Shown here in pieces: positions 1-10,456 of a DNA stretch of 64,000 nucleotides (position 1 is its first letter; each line of letters opens with the position of its first letter). The position numbers and the translations under genes are program-made. Under the pieces are notes generated by a model that saw only the letters and a list, made by a program, of their open reading frames with translations, made no database searches and was not told the DNA's origin. This DNA is from Marsupella aquatica (taxonomy: Eukaryota; Plantae; Marchantiophyta), in the NCBI GenBank assembly GCA_973895155.1, contig OZ316899.1:7939241-8003240 (forward strand), given 5' to 3'.

Positions 1-599
1 CACAGAATGGCATATACGGGGGATCTATGGAAGGCCTAGGAATTGTCGAGAACTAATCTGATTTTCTATCCCTCTGAGCGGATACTTGGTAGTGGTCGAT
101 TTGTGATGTGCTCCGATGTTTAAAGGGAACGCAGGCATGGAGCACTTGTGACAGGGAAGCAGTGACGGTCCTTTGTGGACAACTGGGAATCAGGAGCACG
201 CAAGATTTATGGTCAAGTGAAATGAATGGATGGCAAGGGCTGGCAGGACAGTGGTTATATCTACGTGGCTTCTCTGAGGAACACTTAACACTTGGACGCA
301 GATTCATTGGACTGTTAGCAGACATCCCTAGCTATGAGTGGGGATAGAGCCTGGGCCGGAGAGCTGGTGTTGGGCTGACAACCCAACAGCTCTAAGGATG
401 TTCAGAGTATCCAATAAGAGAGCATATCAGATGCTGAGAGATCGAGGAGGTGGGAGATTTACAGAGTTTAAACAGGACATGGGGAATTGCTAGCACGGGC
501 GACGAATGGAGTGCAAGTTGGGCGGGGCTGTGGGGATCGGACTTCTCTATGAGGCTAAGACATTTATGTGGCGAGTAGTAGCATCTAGGCTCTTCACGG

Positions 600-961
600 T
601 GTCATGCCGAGGGACAGTGCCGCTTGTGCACATCGGCATGTCCCTCGCATGCCCGCTAGGTATGGTTAGGGCTAGTGTACTACTTGAGTTAGTGTCATGT
701 TCTTGTAGCGAGTCTGGGCTGTTCTTGAAGCAAAAGAGGTTTGTTAGTGTGACGCCTGGACCCGGTCCTACTTAGGGCATGTTTTTCTTTGCCGTTCTTT
801 AGTTCTTCTTGAATCGCTGTGAGACAGAGTTTTTCAGAGGCTGCTCGTCGGTTCCGTACACGGAATTCACACAGTGATTCGTTAGATGCTCCCGGCCGAT
901 CTTGGCATCTCGCCGGTTTTCGATTCGATTTCAGTACGTTTGTTTCTATCACGCCTTTTAT
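600..961 (+). repeat. Repeat A1 (362 bp) of element A
   Basis: Matches 10095-10456 with two transitions seen by eye (T/C at 800, G/A in CCCGG/ACCGAT). Confidence 0.95.
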
Positions 962-974
962 TCAAGAAGAACTG
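960..974 (+). promoter_or_regulatory. Putative self-priming primer-binding site
   Basis: ATTCAAGAAGAACTG at the end of A1 is the reverse complement of (C)AGTTCTTCTTGAAT inside repeat A (801-814; 15/15 against A2); no TGG tRNA-type PBS is present. Confidence 0.75.
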
Positions 975-1291
975 CCGAGTTAGCGGTGAGGAGAAGAAGA
1001 TTGCTCGTGACGATTTTGACAATTTTTGGGTGAAGCCATTGCAATTTCCTTGACGAACATTGGAGCGACGGAATGAAAGTTATGGGTTTATGTTGTTATG
1101 TGTATACTTAAGTGTATACACATATCAATGCTCCCGAGGAGGTCTGGAGTTCATTTTCTGGTTGCATCCGCGACCCCTTTGCTTCTTCTTATTGTCACTG
1201 CCGCTTGCTGCCTCGACTGCTTTTGGGGGCCGTTTTCGCATTCCCGGCCACAGCTGCCGGCGAGTTTGCCTCGGCCGCAGCGAGACGCCTG

Positions 1292-2100
1292 CATAGGGCC
1301 GTGTGCCCTGGTTTCGACACGCTTCCACCCCGGCCTCCTCTTTACGTTTTCGCCTTTGAAGGCCCCGTTTTCTTCTTTTTTTCTCGACCTCCTCCGCTTT
1401 GGTGTGCAGGCTGTGCATAGGGCATCGTGCCCTTGCCTCGCCCATTTCTAAGCAGCCAGAGGAAGGGAAAGGAGCGCCAGGAGAGGGCACGAGGCCCTAG
1501 GCAACTTTAAAGCAGAGGGGGAGGGGAGTACATTCAACTCCCTCTCTCGGGAGTCCTGCCAAGCACGAGGCCCTAGGCAATCAATTAAAGCAGGGGGAGG
1601 GGGAGAAGCGCAAGGAGAGGAGGGCACGAGGCCCTATGGAGGATTAAAGAGGGGGGGTTACATTCGACTCCTTTCCCCTGGAGTCCTTCTGCCACTCTGC
1701 CACTCTGCCAGGCACACAAGCATTCATTAAAGCAGGAGAGGAGGGGGAGCGAGAGTGCCAGGAGAGGGCACGAGGCCCTAATAAGTAACATTAAGGAGGG
1801 GAGGGGGAGTTAGTCGCTCCCTTCTCTTCGGGAGCACATGAGGAGCCAGGAGGGGGCGCGAAGCCCTATGCAGGGCCCGAGCCATTGATTGAGACCCCTT
1901 TTCTTTTCGTTTTTGGTCGCTGCGCGACCTGCAGCGCCCATGTTTTTCCAAATCACAGTGGTTTGTGCATAGGCCCTGGTCTTAATTGGGGCCCCATTTC
2001 TTTTCTTTCGCTGCGCCCTCGCCTCGCTTCCTCGCTTCGCCGCGCTTTTTCCTCCTTAATTAAGTGCTCCGCAGCCTGTACGTACATAGGGTCTCGTCGC
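1292..2100. repeat. Dispersed ~15-bp motif (GGGCACGAGGCCCTA and reverse complement) in the long 5' leader of element A
   Basis: Forward copies near 1484, 1562, 1622, 1766, 1854; reverse-oriented degenerate copies near 1292, 1416, 2085. Confidence 0.7.
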
Positions 2101-2753
2101 TTTTCCCTTGTGCTTGCCAGTTTCTAGGTCCACAATGGGGCCCGATGTGTATACACTTAAGGGGGCCCATTTCACATTTTAGGGGCCCATTTTCCTCGGA
2201 TTCGGACATCAGGTCATCTGCATACGGCTGCGGGTCCCGTGTATACACATCTGACGGTCAATTTGGCATATACATCAGCAAACGCACAGGGGGCTAAATT
2301 TGCATTTTTAAGGGTACTTTTTCTCCGACGGTTTTTCGACGGTGACGGTTTTTCTGTGTGTTTACACATTCGACACATTTCTGCCTCGCATCGTTTGTTT
2401 CCTTTGTGGGTTTTATTTCCTAGCCTTGGGGCTGCCATTTCTTTTTCTTGTCAATTTCTTTCCCATTGGCACCCAGGTGAGCATGCAGCATGTCAGCCGA
2501 CGAGCCAGGAGGTAGCAGCACATCGCCACCGACACCCAGGTACCATTTACGGAGTGATCCACGACCATTGGTGCCAATTTCATTGGAGTCTCGGCAATTT
2601 TGACGACGTCCACAGACAGCAGCAGCACCCACACCACGCAATCCTTCTGCTCCATTTGGCGGTTGCTTCACCACTACTCCCAAGCCTGCTATCACTTCAT
2701 TGCCATTTACCCCTTCTGCATCCGTGGTTGTTCCTGCTTCACCGACATACAGC

Positions 2754-4292
2754 ATGGACGCCAGTCACTCATCTGGCCGCATTGAATGCTTCAGCGGGCG
2801 GCCAGGCACTGTTTCTTTGCGTGAGTTCAAATCCACTTTCTACACTGTTGTTTACGAATTGGAGTTGAAGTATGGCAGCAATTTCACAAATGCTTTTGCA
2901 TTTAAGCAGCTAGCCAGGTATGTGCACCACGAGGCTTTGGATGTGTATGAGCAGCACTCTCAACGGCTGCTTGCTGTCACACAATTGCCTAACCCTGCAT
3001 ATGCCACTGCAATTGCGGCTGCCTCACAACTGGCATTACAGAATGCCATTGCAGCCCATGCTGCTGCTCCTGCCACTTCCCCTCCTACTCCAGTTCCCAC
3101 CACTGCACCAGTTACTCCCACTGTCTTGGCACAGGCTACATCAGGCATTTCTCCCACCATTGATTCTCCTGCCTTTCCTGATCCAGTGGCTGAGTTTTTC
3201 CAGGTTCTTGAATTGCAATTCCCAATCAAGAGTGCTGATAAAATCATGCAGTTGGCCACCTTTGTGAGGCAACGCGATGAAACATTGAAGATGCTGTATC
3301 GCCGGCTTCTCAAGCTGAAGGAAGACACCCAAAGCATCATTGACCTGGAAGCTGCTCATCGCTATCTTCACGCATTGGAGGGCACACCAGCTCTCCATTC
3401 GCAAGTGTTGCAGCAAGTATTCTCAGAGTTTGGAGACAGCTACACCCTGCTCAATGTCTATGACACTGCTGAGAAACTTGAGTTGGCCCATGCACATTAT
3501 GAGGCCAGTATTGCGCGTCCACCGCGATCCAGGTACCAGGCTGCTGCCCCTACACTGGCCACCCCTTCCCGTGTGCCACAGTATGGTTCCAAGACCAAGC
3601 CAGCCCATGCTGCTCTCATGCTGCCATCTTGCAACTACTATGGTAAGCCCAATCACAAGGCTAATGAATGTGATATTGTTGCTGAGGACCTGTCTTGTGA
3701 TTTTTGCGAGAAAGTGGGCCACTTGGAGGCAGTTTGTTTTGCCAAATTCCCAGAGAGAAAGCAGCTACGATAGCAGGCCACTCATCCTGCTCCTGCTTCC
3801 ACTCCCCCACCAGCTAGGAGGGCTCCTACAGCATCCGTTGCTCCTCCTTCCAGTGACAAAGCATCCAGTGCTAACAAATTGCCCAAGCAGCAACAGAAGC
3901 AACCAGCTCAGAAGGAGGCTCACACAGCACAGGCAACTCAACTCCAGTCTCTGACTCATGAGGTTGAGTCATTACGTGCCCAACTTGCCAACATCAAAGG
4001 CAAGTCCACTGCCTCTGCTGGTCCTTCTCAACCGGCTGGTCACGTGCAACCCATCCCTGGCCCAGGCACCACTGACAGTTCAGCACCCCTACCCCGTTCT
4101 TTCTATGGCTTGCCATTTGATGCTCATATGGGTGAGTGTGTGCTGTCCTCTGCTACACAGCCTGGCCTTACAGCAGAATTTTCAGATTCATTCTGCCCTT
4201 CCTATTTTGCTTACCAGCAGGCCAGTGCTGCCTCCCGTATTGCTCCACACGCCGCATTGTACAAGCTGATGGTCTTGCTGCTGGTCCTATGA
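2754..4292 (+). pseudogene. gag: gag of element A, with an in-frame TAG at 3771-3773
   Basis: MDASHSSGRIECFSG start; two CCHC knuckles (CNYYGKPNHKANEC with C>Y, CDFCEKVGHLEAVC); ORF 3879-4292 is in the same frame after the stop. Confidence 0.85.
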
Positions 4293-5374
4293 CTAGAGCC
4301 AGGGGAGCTCGGGCTGTCATGCCCCAATCTTTTCAGCCACTCACACTTGCTGAAGAGCGCACCTTGTTGGCGAGGGGGGAGGGAGCTGCAGCTACATCCA
4401 TTCCACCACCAGGTGCTGCTGACATTTCACAGGGAGTTGTTTTTCCTGAGCTGCTTGAGCATTTCACCTCCGGTATGGCACAAAGGATTCTTACCACTTC
4501 ACTTTTCAGTTGCCATGATTTACAGCTGGATGCTAGAGCTGTCATCAGAGCGCTAGAGGGCTCACTGCATTCTTCATCAGCCCCTGTGACACCGGTTTTG
4601 GAGGTCCAATCTCATGTTAATACTGGACCTTCTTCTTCTCCATTGCATGCTTCCACTGGTTTGGCTATCCCAGTACCGATTTCCAGTGGTAGAGATGACA
4701 GTATTGCTGCAGATTGTGTGACCAGAGCTACACTTGATTCTGGTCATGCTGCTCCATCTTTCCTGGCTATGCTGTTGAGTGGGAAGACCGTGGACACTAA
4801 CTCCCTTCACAAGGTACCTCATCATTTGCCAAAAGTGGTGCCTAGTGACAGGACTTTAGTTTCCACCACCATTGCCATTGTTGACAACAGGAATTCAGCA
4901 GTCAAGTTGGAGGGTCACACTCCTCAGGTGGTCATGCTAGACACAAGTGCTCAACCAGTAATCTTGGGCATTCAGTTTGCCAAGAAGATGGGACTGCTGA
5001 CTGATCATTTACAGCCATCCAGGTGGCACATTCGGACTGCTAGTGGCACTGTGGAGGATGTGCTGGGTGAGAGTTCTACTTTACTCACTCTCACTTTTAA
5101 TGGAGGTACAGATCAGGAATTGCATTTCCCAGTCAGATGTTTGGTTACCAATGCCACTACGTATGATGTGCTCATTGGCCAGGAGGCTTTGTTCCCACCA
5201 GGTTTTACCATTGACAACTGGCATGAGCATGCATACTACAGAGTTGATTGGCATACGGATGGCTCACACTTGGGATACATTCCACTTGATTTGCATGGTG
5301 CCCATACCCCTATGGCTCACCACTGTGTGTTGAAAGCAGTGCACACAGCTACCTATGTCAACCACCCATTGTAG
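4250..5374 (+). pseudogene. Aspartic protease region of element A polyprotein
   Basis: VMLDTSAQP (DTG-like), IRTASG flap and YDVLIGQ motifs; frameshift near 4250; TAG 5372-5374 is in frame with ORF 5402. Confidence 0.8.
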
Positions 5375-5401
5375 GATTGGATTGAGGAGGATGAGGATGA
5401 G

Positions 5402-8400
5402 GTGGCTACTGCACATGCTGCTGCATGTGTAGCAGCACTTTCCAGCAACGTGGATCATCAACCAGAGGTGGTACAACGGCTCCAAGCAGCCCATGGACCT
5501 TTGGTGGCTGCATTGCACAAATTTGAGGACCTTGGGCAGCATCATGGACAACCAATAGCCCCAATCTTGAGCGCACCAGTTACATGGACTCCTCCTTCAG
5601 ATGGCCTTACATTGCTTGAGCTTTTTGGTGGCATTTCTACAGGCCTGGAAGCTCTCCTACAGTCTGGCATGGTGGTGAAGCAGTACATCTATGTGGATAT
5701 TGATCCAGGTGCAAGGCAAGTGGCTGAATCCCGTCTGCTGGAATTTTCAGAGCGATTTCCTCAGCAGTTTCCACACAATGCATGGAAGTCTGCATTTTCT
5801 TTCTTTCCTCCAGATATCCAGCTTGCCCAGCACCGGCACTTAACCCTTCTTGGCTCCCTTGATTTGATCATAGCTGGTTGGGAATGCCAAGGGTTTTCAG
5901 CTCCTGGTCACGGTGCTGGACTGCATGATTCTTGTTCTGGCCTTTTCACAGCATTGGTTCAGATTCTCACCTGGGCTCAATCCCTTTATCCTGCTGTTGG
6001 TTATATCATTGAGAATACTCCATCTCAGTTTGACCAGCGTCCACAAGTCAAAGAGGATTTCAGTGTGGTCCAGCACTACTTGGGACCACCCCTTCTCATT
6101 GATGCAGTGCACTGTGGTTCTTATGCACATCGTCTTCGTAACTTTTGGACTAACCTTGCACCACCTTCCTTGCTGGAGATGGCTCTTCACCACACATCCA
6201 GGGACACTAACCTTACAGTGGACCAGATTTTGGATCCTGACAGTTCTTGCCAACCAGTTACACGGCAAGAGCCAGCACCTTGGTATCCAGCTAATACCAT
6301 TGGACAACCCCGTGCTGCTTGGCCTACATTTGTGTCCTTTCCAGGTGCACATGCTTTTCAGGGTGATGGTCCTGGGCTGGTTTATCGACATTCTACCGGT
6401 ACATGGGATGAACCTAGTCCTGAGGAGAGAGAACGGGCTATGGGCTTCCAACCCGGTACTACAGGTCACACCAAAATCACCAGGCTGGCCAGGAATGCTT
6501 TACTTGGCAGGGTAATGGATCTCAATGCTCTCACTTGGCTTCTGGTCACTTGCATCCTTTTTCAGATGTACATTCCTCCAGCATTAGGAGCTCCAGCCTT
6601 ACCACTCCACAGTGCTGCTGCATGGCATCCAGACCAGGTGCACTTACCTCTGTCCAACACTCACCACTTCAGTCCAAGTGTTGGGGGGGAGGAGGTCCCT
6701 TGTAATGTGGCTGACATTATTTCTGAGTTTCATGGTGTGGATCAGACCAGAGCAACAGATACAGCAGGCCTTGGAGAGGCCTCATCACCTTATCAGCAGC
6801 ATGCTAGCAGCTTGGACAGTGGAGAGGCTGGCACTTCTGGCTCTTCAAGCACGAGTACATCAGGTCCTACTCCTAGTGTTGCCAACTACACATTTATCAT
6901 GGGCAACCACCTGAGTAAAAGACAGAAGGACCAGCTGCTGAATTTGCTCCTCAAGCATGAGAATGTGTTTGCTTTCTCTATGAAGGACTTGGGTAAGTGC
7001 AAGACTATGCAGTTCTCCATTGAGTTGGCTGATGAAACACCTATCTTCAGGCGGAGACACCGTTTGAGTAAGCATGAGTGGCAGCTGGTGGATGAGAGGT
7101 GCCAAGAGCTTTATGAAGCTGGTCTTATTCAACCATCTACATCAGATTTTGCGGCAGCTACAGTGATGCCAGCAAAGAAGGATTCCAGTGGATTGTGGAC
7201 AGAGAAGCGCATGTGTGGGGACTACAGGCCATTGAACCTGGTCACACCCCAGGACAGGTACCCCATGCCGCGGCCAGAGGAGCTATTTGACAGCATTGGA
7301 GACTCAGACATCTTCACTCTTGTGGATCTAAGGCAAGGCTTCAACCAGATTTTGCTGCTTGCAAAAGACCGCAAGAAAACAGCTTTCCATGGTAGTAACC
7401 AACTATGGGAGTGGTTGGTGATGCCATTTGGCTTGAAGAATGCGCCTATATTCTTTCAAAGAGTCATGGACCAGGTTCTTCAAGGTGCTGAGTTTCTGAA
7501 ATGCTACATTGATGATGTGTTGGTCCACAGCAAAGGATTTGACCAGCATCTACTTGACCTTGAGGAGCTATTCATGAGGCTTAAGAAGGTGAACCTAAAG
7601 ATACACCCCAAGAAGTGTGAATTTGCTGTCAGATCAGTAGTATACCTTGGGCACCGCATTCTTCCAAATGGAACCATGGCTCACTGGGCCAAGGTGGTAT
7701 CCATCTTGGAAATGCCCACTCCTACCGATGTTCACACTTTGAGGAGTTTTATTGGGTTGTGCAATTACTACCGGATCTACATCAAAGATTTCAGTACCAT
7801 TGCACACCCATTGTATGCTTTGTTGAAAAAGAATGTGACTTGGACATGGAGTACAGATGCTGAGGCAGCATTTGCCACTTTGAAGGAGAAGCTCTCAGAA
7901 TACCCGGTGCTGAGAAGACCTGATTTCAGCAAGGTCTTTGTGCTACACACAGATTGGAGTGCCCTTGGGATTGGTGCCATTCTGGGCCAGCATGATGAGG
8001 AAGGTAAAGAGTACGTCATTGCCTATGCATCCAGGAGCAACAATCAGGCAGAGAGTCATTATTCTTCTTATGAAGGTGAATGCCTTGCTGTTGTGTGGGC
8101 TGTCATACATTATAGGCCCTACCTCTATGGGACCAGGTTTGTTCTCTACACCGACCACCAGCCCTTGAAGTGGTTGATGACCAACGACAAGCTTACTGGC
8201 AAGCTTGCTCGTTGGGCGCTCATACTCCAGGAGTATGATTTTGAGGTAATTCATAGGCCTGGTGTGACACATCAGAATGCTGACACTATGTCCCGCAGCC
8301 CTTTGATTACCTCTGATGATTCCTCAGATGCACGGCAAGATTTTGACCAGGCTTCCATCCTGCCTACATTTCATGCATCGACCTATCTTGCTTTGCTGCC

Positions 8401-9877
8401 ATGCTATGTTGTTGACCAACCTGTGGTGGACATATGGGAGGACAGCGACACTCTGAGATTTTTGCAGCATGGGGAGTACCCCACACATGTTACTGCTGCC
8501 CAGAGAGACCGAATTCAGCAAAGGTCCAAGCGCTACTTGTGGAAGGGAGATCATCTCGTGCGTTGCTTGCCAGACAGGGAAGTGGTGGTTCCACCTATTC
8601 ATGAGAGGGTTGGCCTTATCCGTAAGGTACATTCTGAGCTTGGTCATTTTGGTGTTAAGAGGACTTACAGCCTCTTGGTCCCTCATTATCATTGGAGAGG
8701 CATGCATGGCCAGGTTCGAGATGTTATTGCCCGGTGTGAACAGTGTGATAGGGTGAGGACTTCCTTCACATCTCGACAACCCACACTTCATCCACTCCCT
8801 ATTCAGGGCATGTTTTATCGCTGGTCATGTGATTTGGCTGGAGAATTACCCCTCACGTCTCGGGGTAATCTCTACATCATGATCATGATAGAGCATTTCT
8901 CCAAGTGGATAGAACTTGTGGCATTGCCGGATAAGACCTCCCGTAGCACTAGCCAGGCATTCCTACAACAAGTTCTCAGCCGCTTTGGAGCTTGTGCAGA
9001 ATGTCTCACTGACCAGGGCTCAGAGTTTAGAGGAGAGTTCCAGGAGCTGCTTGATCAGGCCCTCATTGATCATCGCCGGACATCACGAGATCACCCACAG
9101 GCAGATGGCTTGGCAGAGCGCATGGTTCAGACATGCAAGAAGGGCCTCCGGAAGATCTGCCTCACCAAAAACAAGGAGGACTGGGACCTGGCCTTACCCT
9201 ACATTGCCATGGGGTATAGGATGTCCAGACATGCGTCATTGTCTAACTTTTCTCCCTACTTCTTGTTGTTTGGTCGTCACCCAGTTCCACCTTCTGCTAT
9301 TGCTGCTCACATGCTTCAGGTGGTGGACTTGGATTCAGCTGTGACTTGGTCTGATGTGATCTCTGAGAGGGCTGCCCTATTCAGGAGGGTTATGCCCATG
9401 GCCATGGAGAATTTGGCCATTGCACAGCACAGGGACACACTGCGTTATGCACACACACGAGGGGGCACTTTTCAGCCCAAGGTCAGGAAGTTTGATGTGG
9501 GAGATTTCGTGTACTTGCAGCGGCAAGCTAACGACACCCTGGACACCTCTACCAGTCGCACTATTCTCAGGGTCAAAGCTATTCGACCGTCTGGAGTGCT
9601 AGAGTTACAAGGGGCAGATGGGCGCACAATTGCTGACAATGCCAAGAATTGCGCCCCTTGTCATCTGCCTAACCTGGATCCCACCATTGTGACTTCTACT
9701 TGGATTCCACCTGTGGACTACCCTTGCAAAGTGTGTTTGCGAATTGATGATGCTGACCAGATGCTGCTGTGTGACAATTGCAATGGAGGGTACCATCTTT
9801 TCTGCCTTCGGCCTGAACTTACCCAGGTGCCAGAAGGGTTATGGTTTTGCCTTTCCTGTGCTCCACGTGCTATCTGA
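5402..9877 (+). CDS. pol: pol polyprotein: C5 DNA methyltransferase - RT - RNase H - DDE integrase - PHD finger
   Basis: RT: RMCGDYRPLN, MPFGLKNAP, YIDDVLV; RH: LHTDWS, YEGECLAVVW, YTDHQPL; INT: HSELGH..CEQC zinc finger, WSCDL, LTDQGSEF, DGLAERMVQ; uninterrupted 1491 aa. Confidence 0.95.
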   Translation: MATAHAAACVAALSSNVDHQPEVVQRLQAAHGPLVAALHKFEDLGQHHGQPIAPILSAPVTWTPPSDGLTLLELFGGISTGLEALLQSGMVVKQYIYVDIDPGARQVAESRLLEFSERFPQQFPHNAWKSAFSFFPPDIQLAQHRHLTLLGSLDLIIAGWECQGFSAPGHGAGLHDSCSGLFTALVQILTWAQSLYPAVGYIIENTPSQFDQRPQVKEDFSVVQHYLGPPLLIDAVHCGSYAHRLRNFWTNLAPPSLLEMALHHTSRDTNLTVDQILDPDSSCQPVTRQEPAPWYPANTIGQPRAAWPTFVSFPGAHAFQGDGPGLVYRHSTGTWDEPSPEERERAMGFQPGTTGHTKITRLARNALLGRVMDLNALTWLLVTCILFQMYIPPALGAPALPLHSAAAWHPDQVHLPLSNTHHFSPSVGGEEVPCNVADIISEFHGVDQTRATDTAGLGEASSPYQQHASSLDSGEAGTSGSSSTSTSGPTPSVANYTFIMGNHLSKRQKDQLLNLLLKHENVFAFSMKDLGKCKTMQFSIELADETPIFRRRHRLSKHEWQLVDERCQELYEAGLIQPSTSDFAAATVMPAKKDSSGLWTEKRMCGDYRPLNLVTPQDRYPMPRPEELFDSIGDSDIFTLVDLRQGFNQILLLAKDRKKTAFHGSNQLWEWLVMPFGLKNAPIFFQRVMDQVLQGAEFLKCYIDDVLVHSKGFDQHLLDLEELFMRLKKVNLKIHPKKCEFAVRSVVYLGHRILPNGTMAHWAKVVSILEMPTPTDVHTLRSFIGLCNYYRIYIKDFSTIAHPLYALLKKNVTWTWSTDAEAAFATLKEKLSEYPVLRRPDFSKVFVLHTDWSALGIGAILGQHDEEGKEYVIAYASRSNNQAESHYSSYEGECLAVVWAVIHYRPYLYGTRFVLYTDHQPLKWLMTNDKLTGKLARWALILQEYDFEVIHRPGVTHQNADTMSRSPLITSDDSSDARQDFDQASILPTFHASTYLALLPCYVVDQPVVDIWEDSDTLRFLQHGEYPTHVTAAQRDRIQQRSKRYLWKGDHLVRCLPDREVVVPPIHERVGLIRKVHSELGHFGVKRTYSLLVPHYHWRGMHGQVRDVIARCEQCDRVRTSFTSRQPTLHPLPIQGMFYRWSCDLAGELPLTSRGNLYIMIMIEHFSKWIELVALPDKTSRSTSQAFLQQVLSRFGACAECLTDQGSEFRGEFQELLDQALIDHRRTSRDHPQADGLAERMVQTCKKGLRKICLTKNKEDWDLALPYIAMGYRMSRHASLSNFSPYFLLFGRHPVPPSAIAAHMLQVVDLDSAVTWSDVISERAALFRRVMPMAMENLAIAQHRDTLRYAHTRGGTFQPKVRKFDVGDFVYLQRQANDTLDTSTSRTILRVKAIRPSGVLELQGADGRTIADNAKNCAPCHLPNLDPTIVTSTWIPPVDYPCKVCLRIDDADQMLLCDNCNGGYHLFCLRPELTQVPEGLWFCLSCAPRAI
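5603..6545 (+). other. DNMT3-like C5 cytosine methyltransferase domain inside pol
   Basis: Motifs in canonical order: I LELFGGIS, II YVDID, IV DLIIAGWECQGFS, VI YIIENT, VIII AHRLRNFWTNL, IX EERERAMGF, X RNALLGR. Confidence 0.92.
9724..9862 (+). other. PHD finger (C4HC3) at integrase C-terminus
   Basis: CKVC...LLCDNC..GYHLFCL.P.L..VPEG.WFCLSC. Confidence 0.93.
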
Positions 9878-9909
9878 CTTTTCTTCAGCCCTCCTTTTGG
9901 CTGTGGTCT

Positions 9910-9916
9910 GGGGGGG
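9910..9916 (+). promoter_or_regulatory. Putative polypurine tract of element A
   Basis: G7 run directly before repeat B1, about 30 nt after the pol stop. Confidence 0.65.
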
Positions 9917-10092
9917 ATACAGAGGTTTACACCTCCACTACGTACATACCACCTCAGTTGCTTTTTCTTGGCACCTGTGAATGTGATTGGACTTTTTCTA
10001 TGCATGTTGGTTGCTAGCAGCTTGCACATATGCATTGCCGGTGACTTGTATGTTTTCGATACACTATGGCTACGATACTATATGTCACGACA
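9917..10092 (+). repeat. Repeat B1 (176 bp) of element A
   Basis: ATACAGAGG...TGTCACGACA, no difference seen from 10457-10632. Confidence 0.95.
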
Positions 10093-10094
10093 GC

Positions 10095-10456
10095 TGTCAT
10101 GCCGAGGGACAGTGCCGCTTGTGCACATCGGCATGTCCCTCGCATGCCCGCTAGGTATGGTTAGGGCTAGTGTACTACTTGAGTTAGTGTCATGTTCTTG
10201 TAGCGAGTCTGGGCTGTTCTTGAAGCAAAAGAGGTTTGTTAGTGTGACGCCTGGACCCGGTCCTACTTAGGGCATGTTTTTCTTTGCCGTTCTTCAGTTC
10301 TTCTTGAATCGCTGTGAGACAGAGTTTTTCAGAGGCTGCTCGTCGGTTCCGTACACGGAATTCACACAGTGATTCGTTAGATGCTCCCGACCGATCTTGG
10401 CATCTCGCCGGTTTTCGATTCGATTTCAGTACGTTTGTTTCTATCACGCCTTTTAT
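10095..10456 (+). repeat. Repeat A2 (362 bp) of element A
   Basis: Direct copy of 600-961, separated from B1 by GC. Confidence 0.95.

Noticed and set aside
506-952. Short ORFs repeated at 9968-10723
   Set aside because: Incidental frames across the non-coding A and B repeats
1480-1870. CRISPR-like repeat-spacer appearance
   Set aside because: Irregular spacing, spacers related to each other, eukaryotic retroelement context, no cas genes
5402-9877. DIRS/Ngaro tyrosine-recombinase element suggested by the split repeats and methyltransferase
   Set aside because: No tyrosine recombinase motif; integrase is HHCC+DDE, a TSD is present, and the MTase is C5-cytosine type rather than the DIRS adenine type
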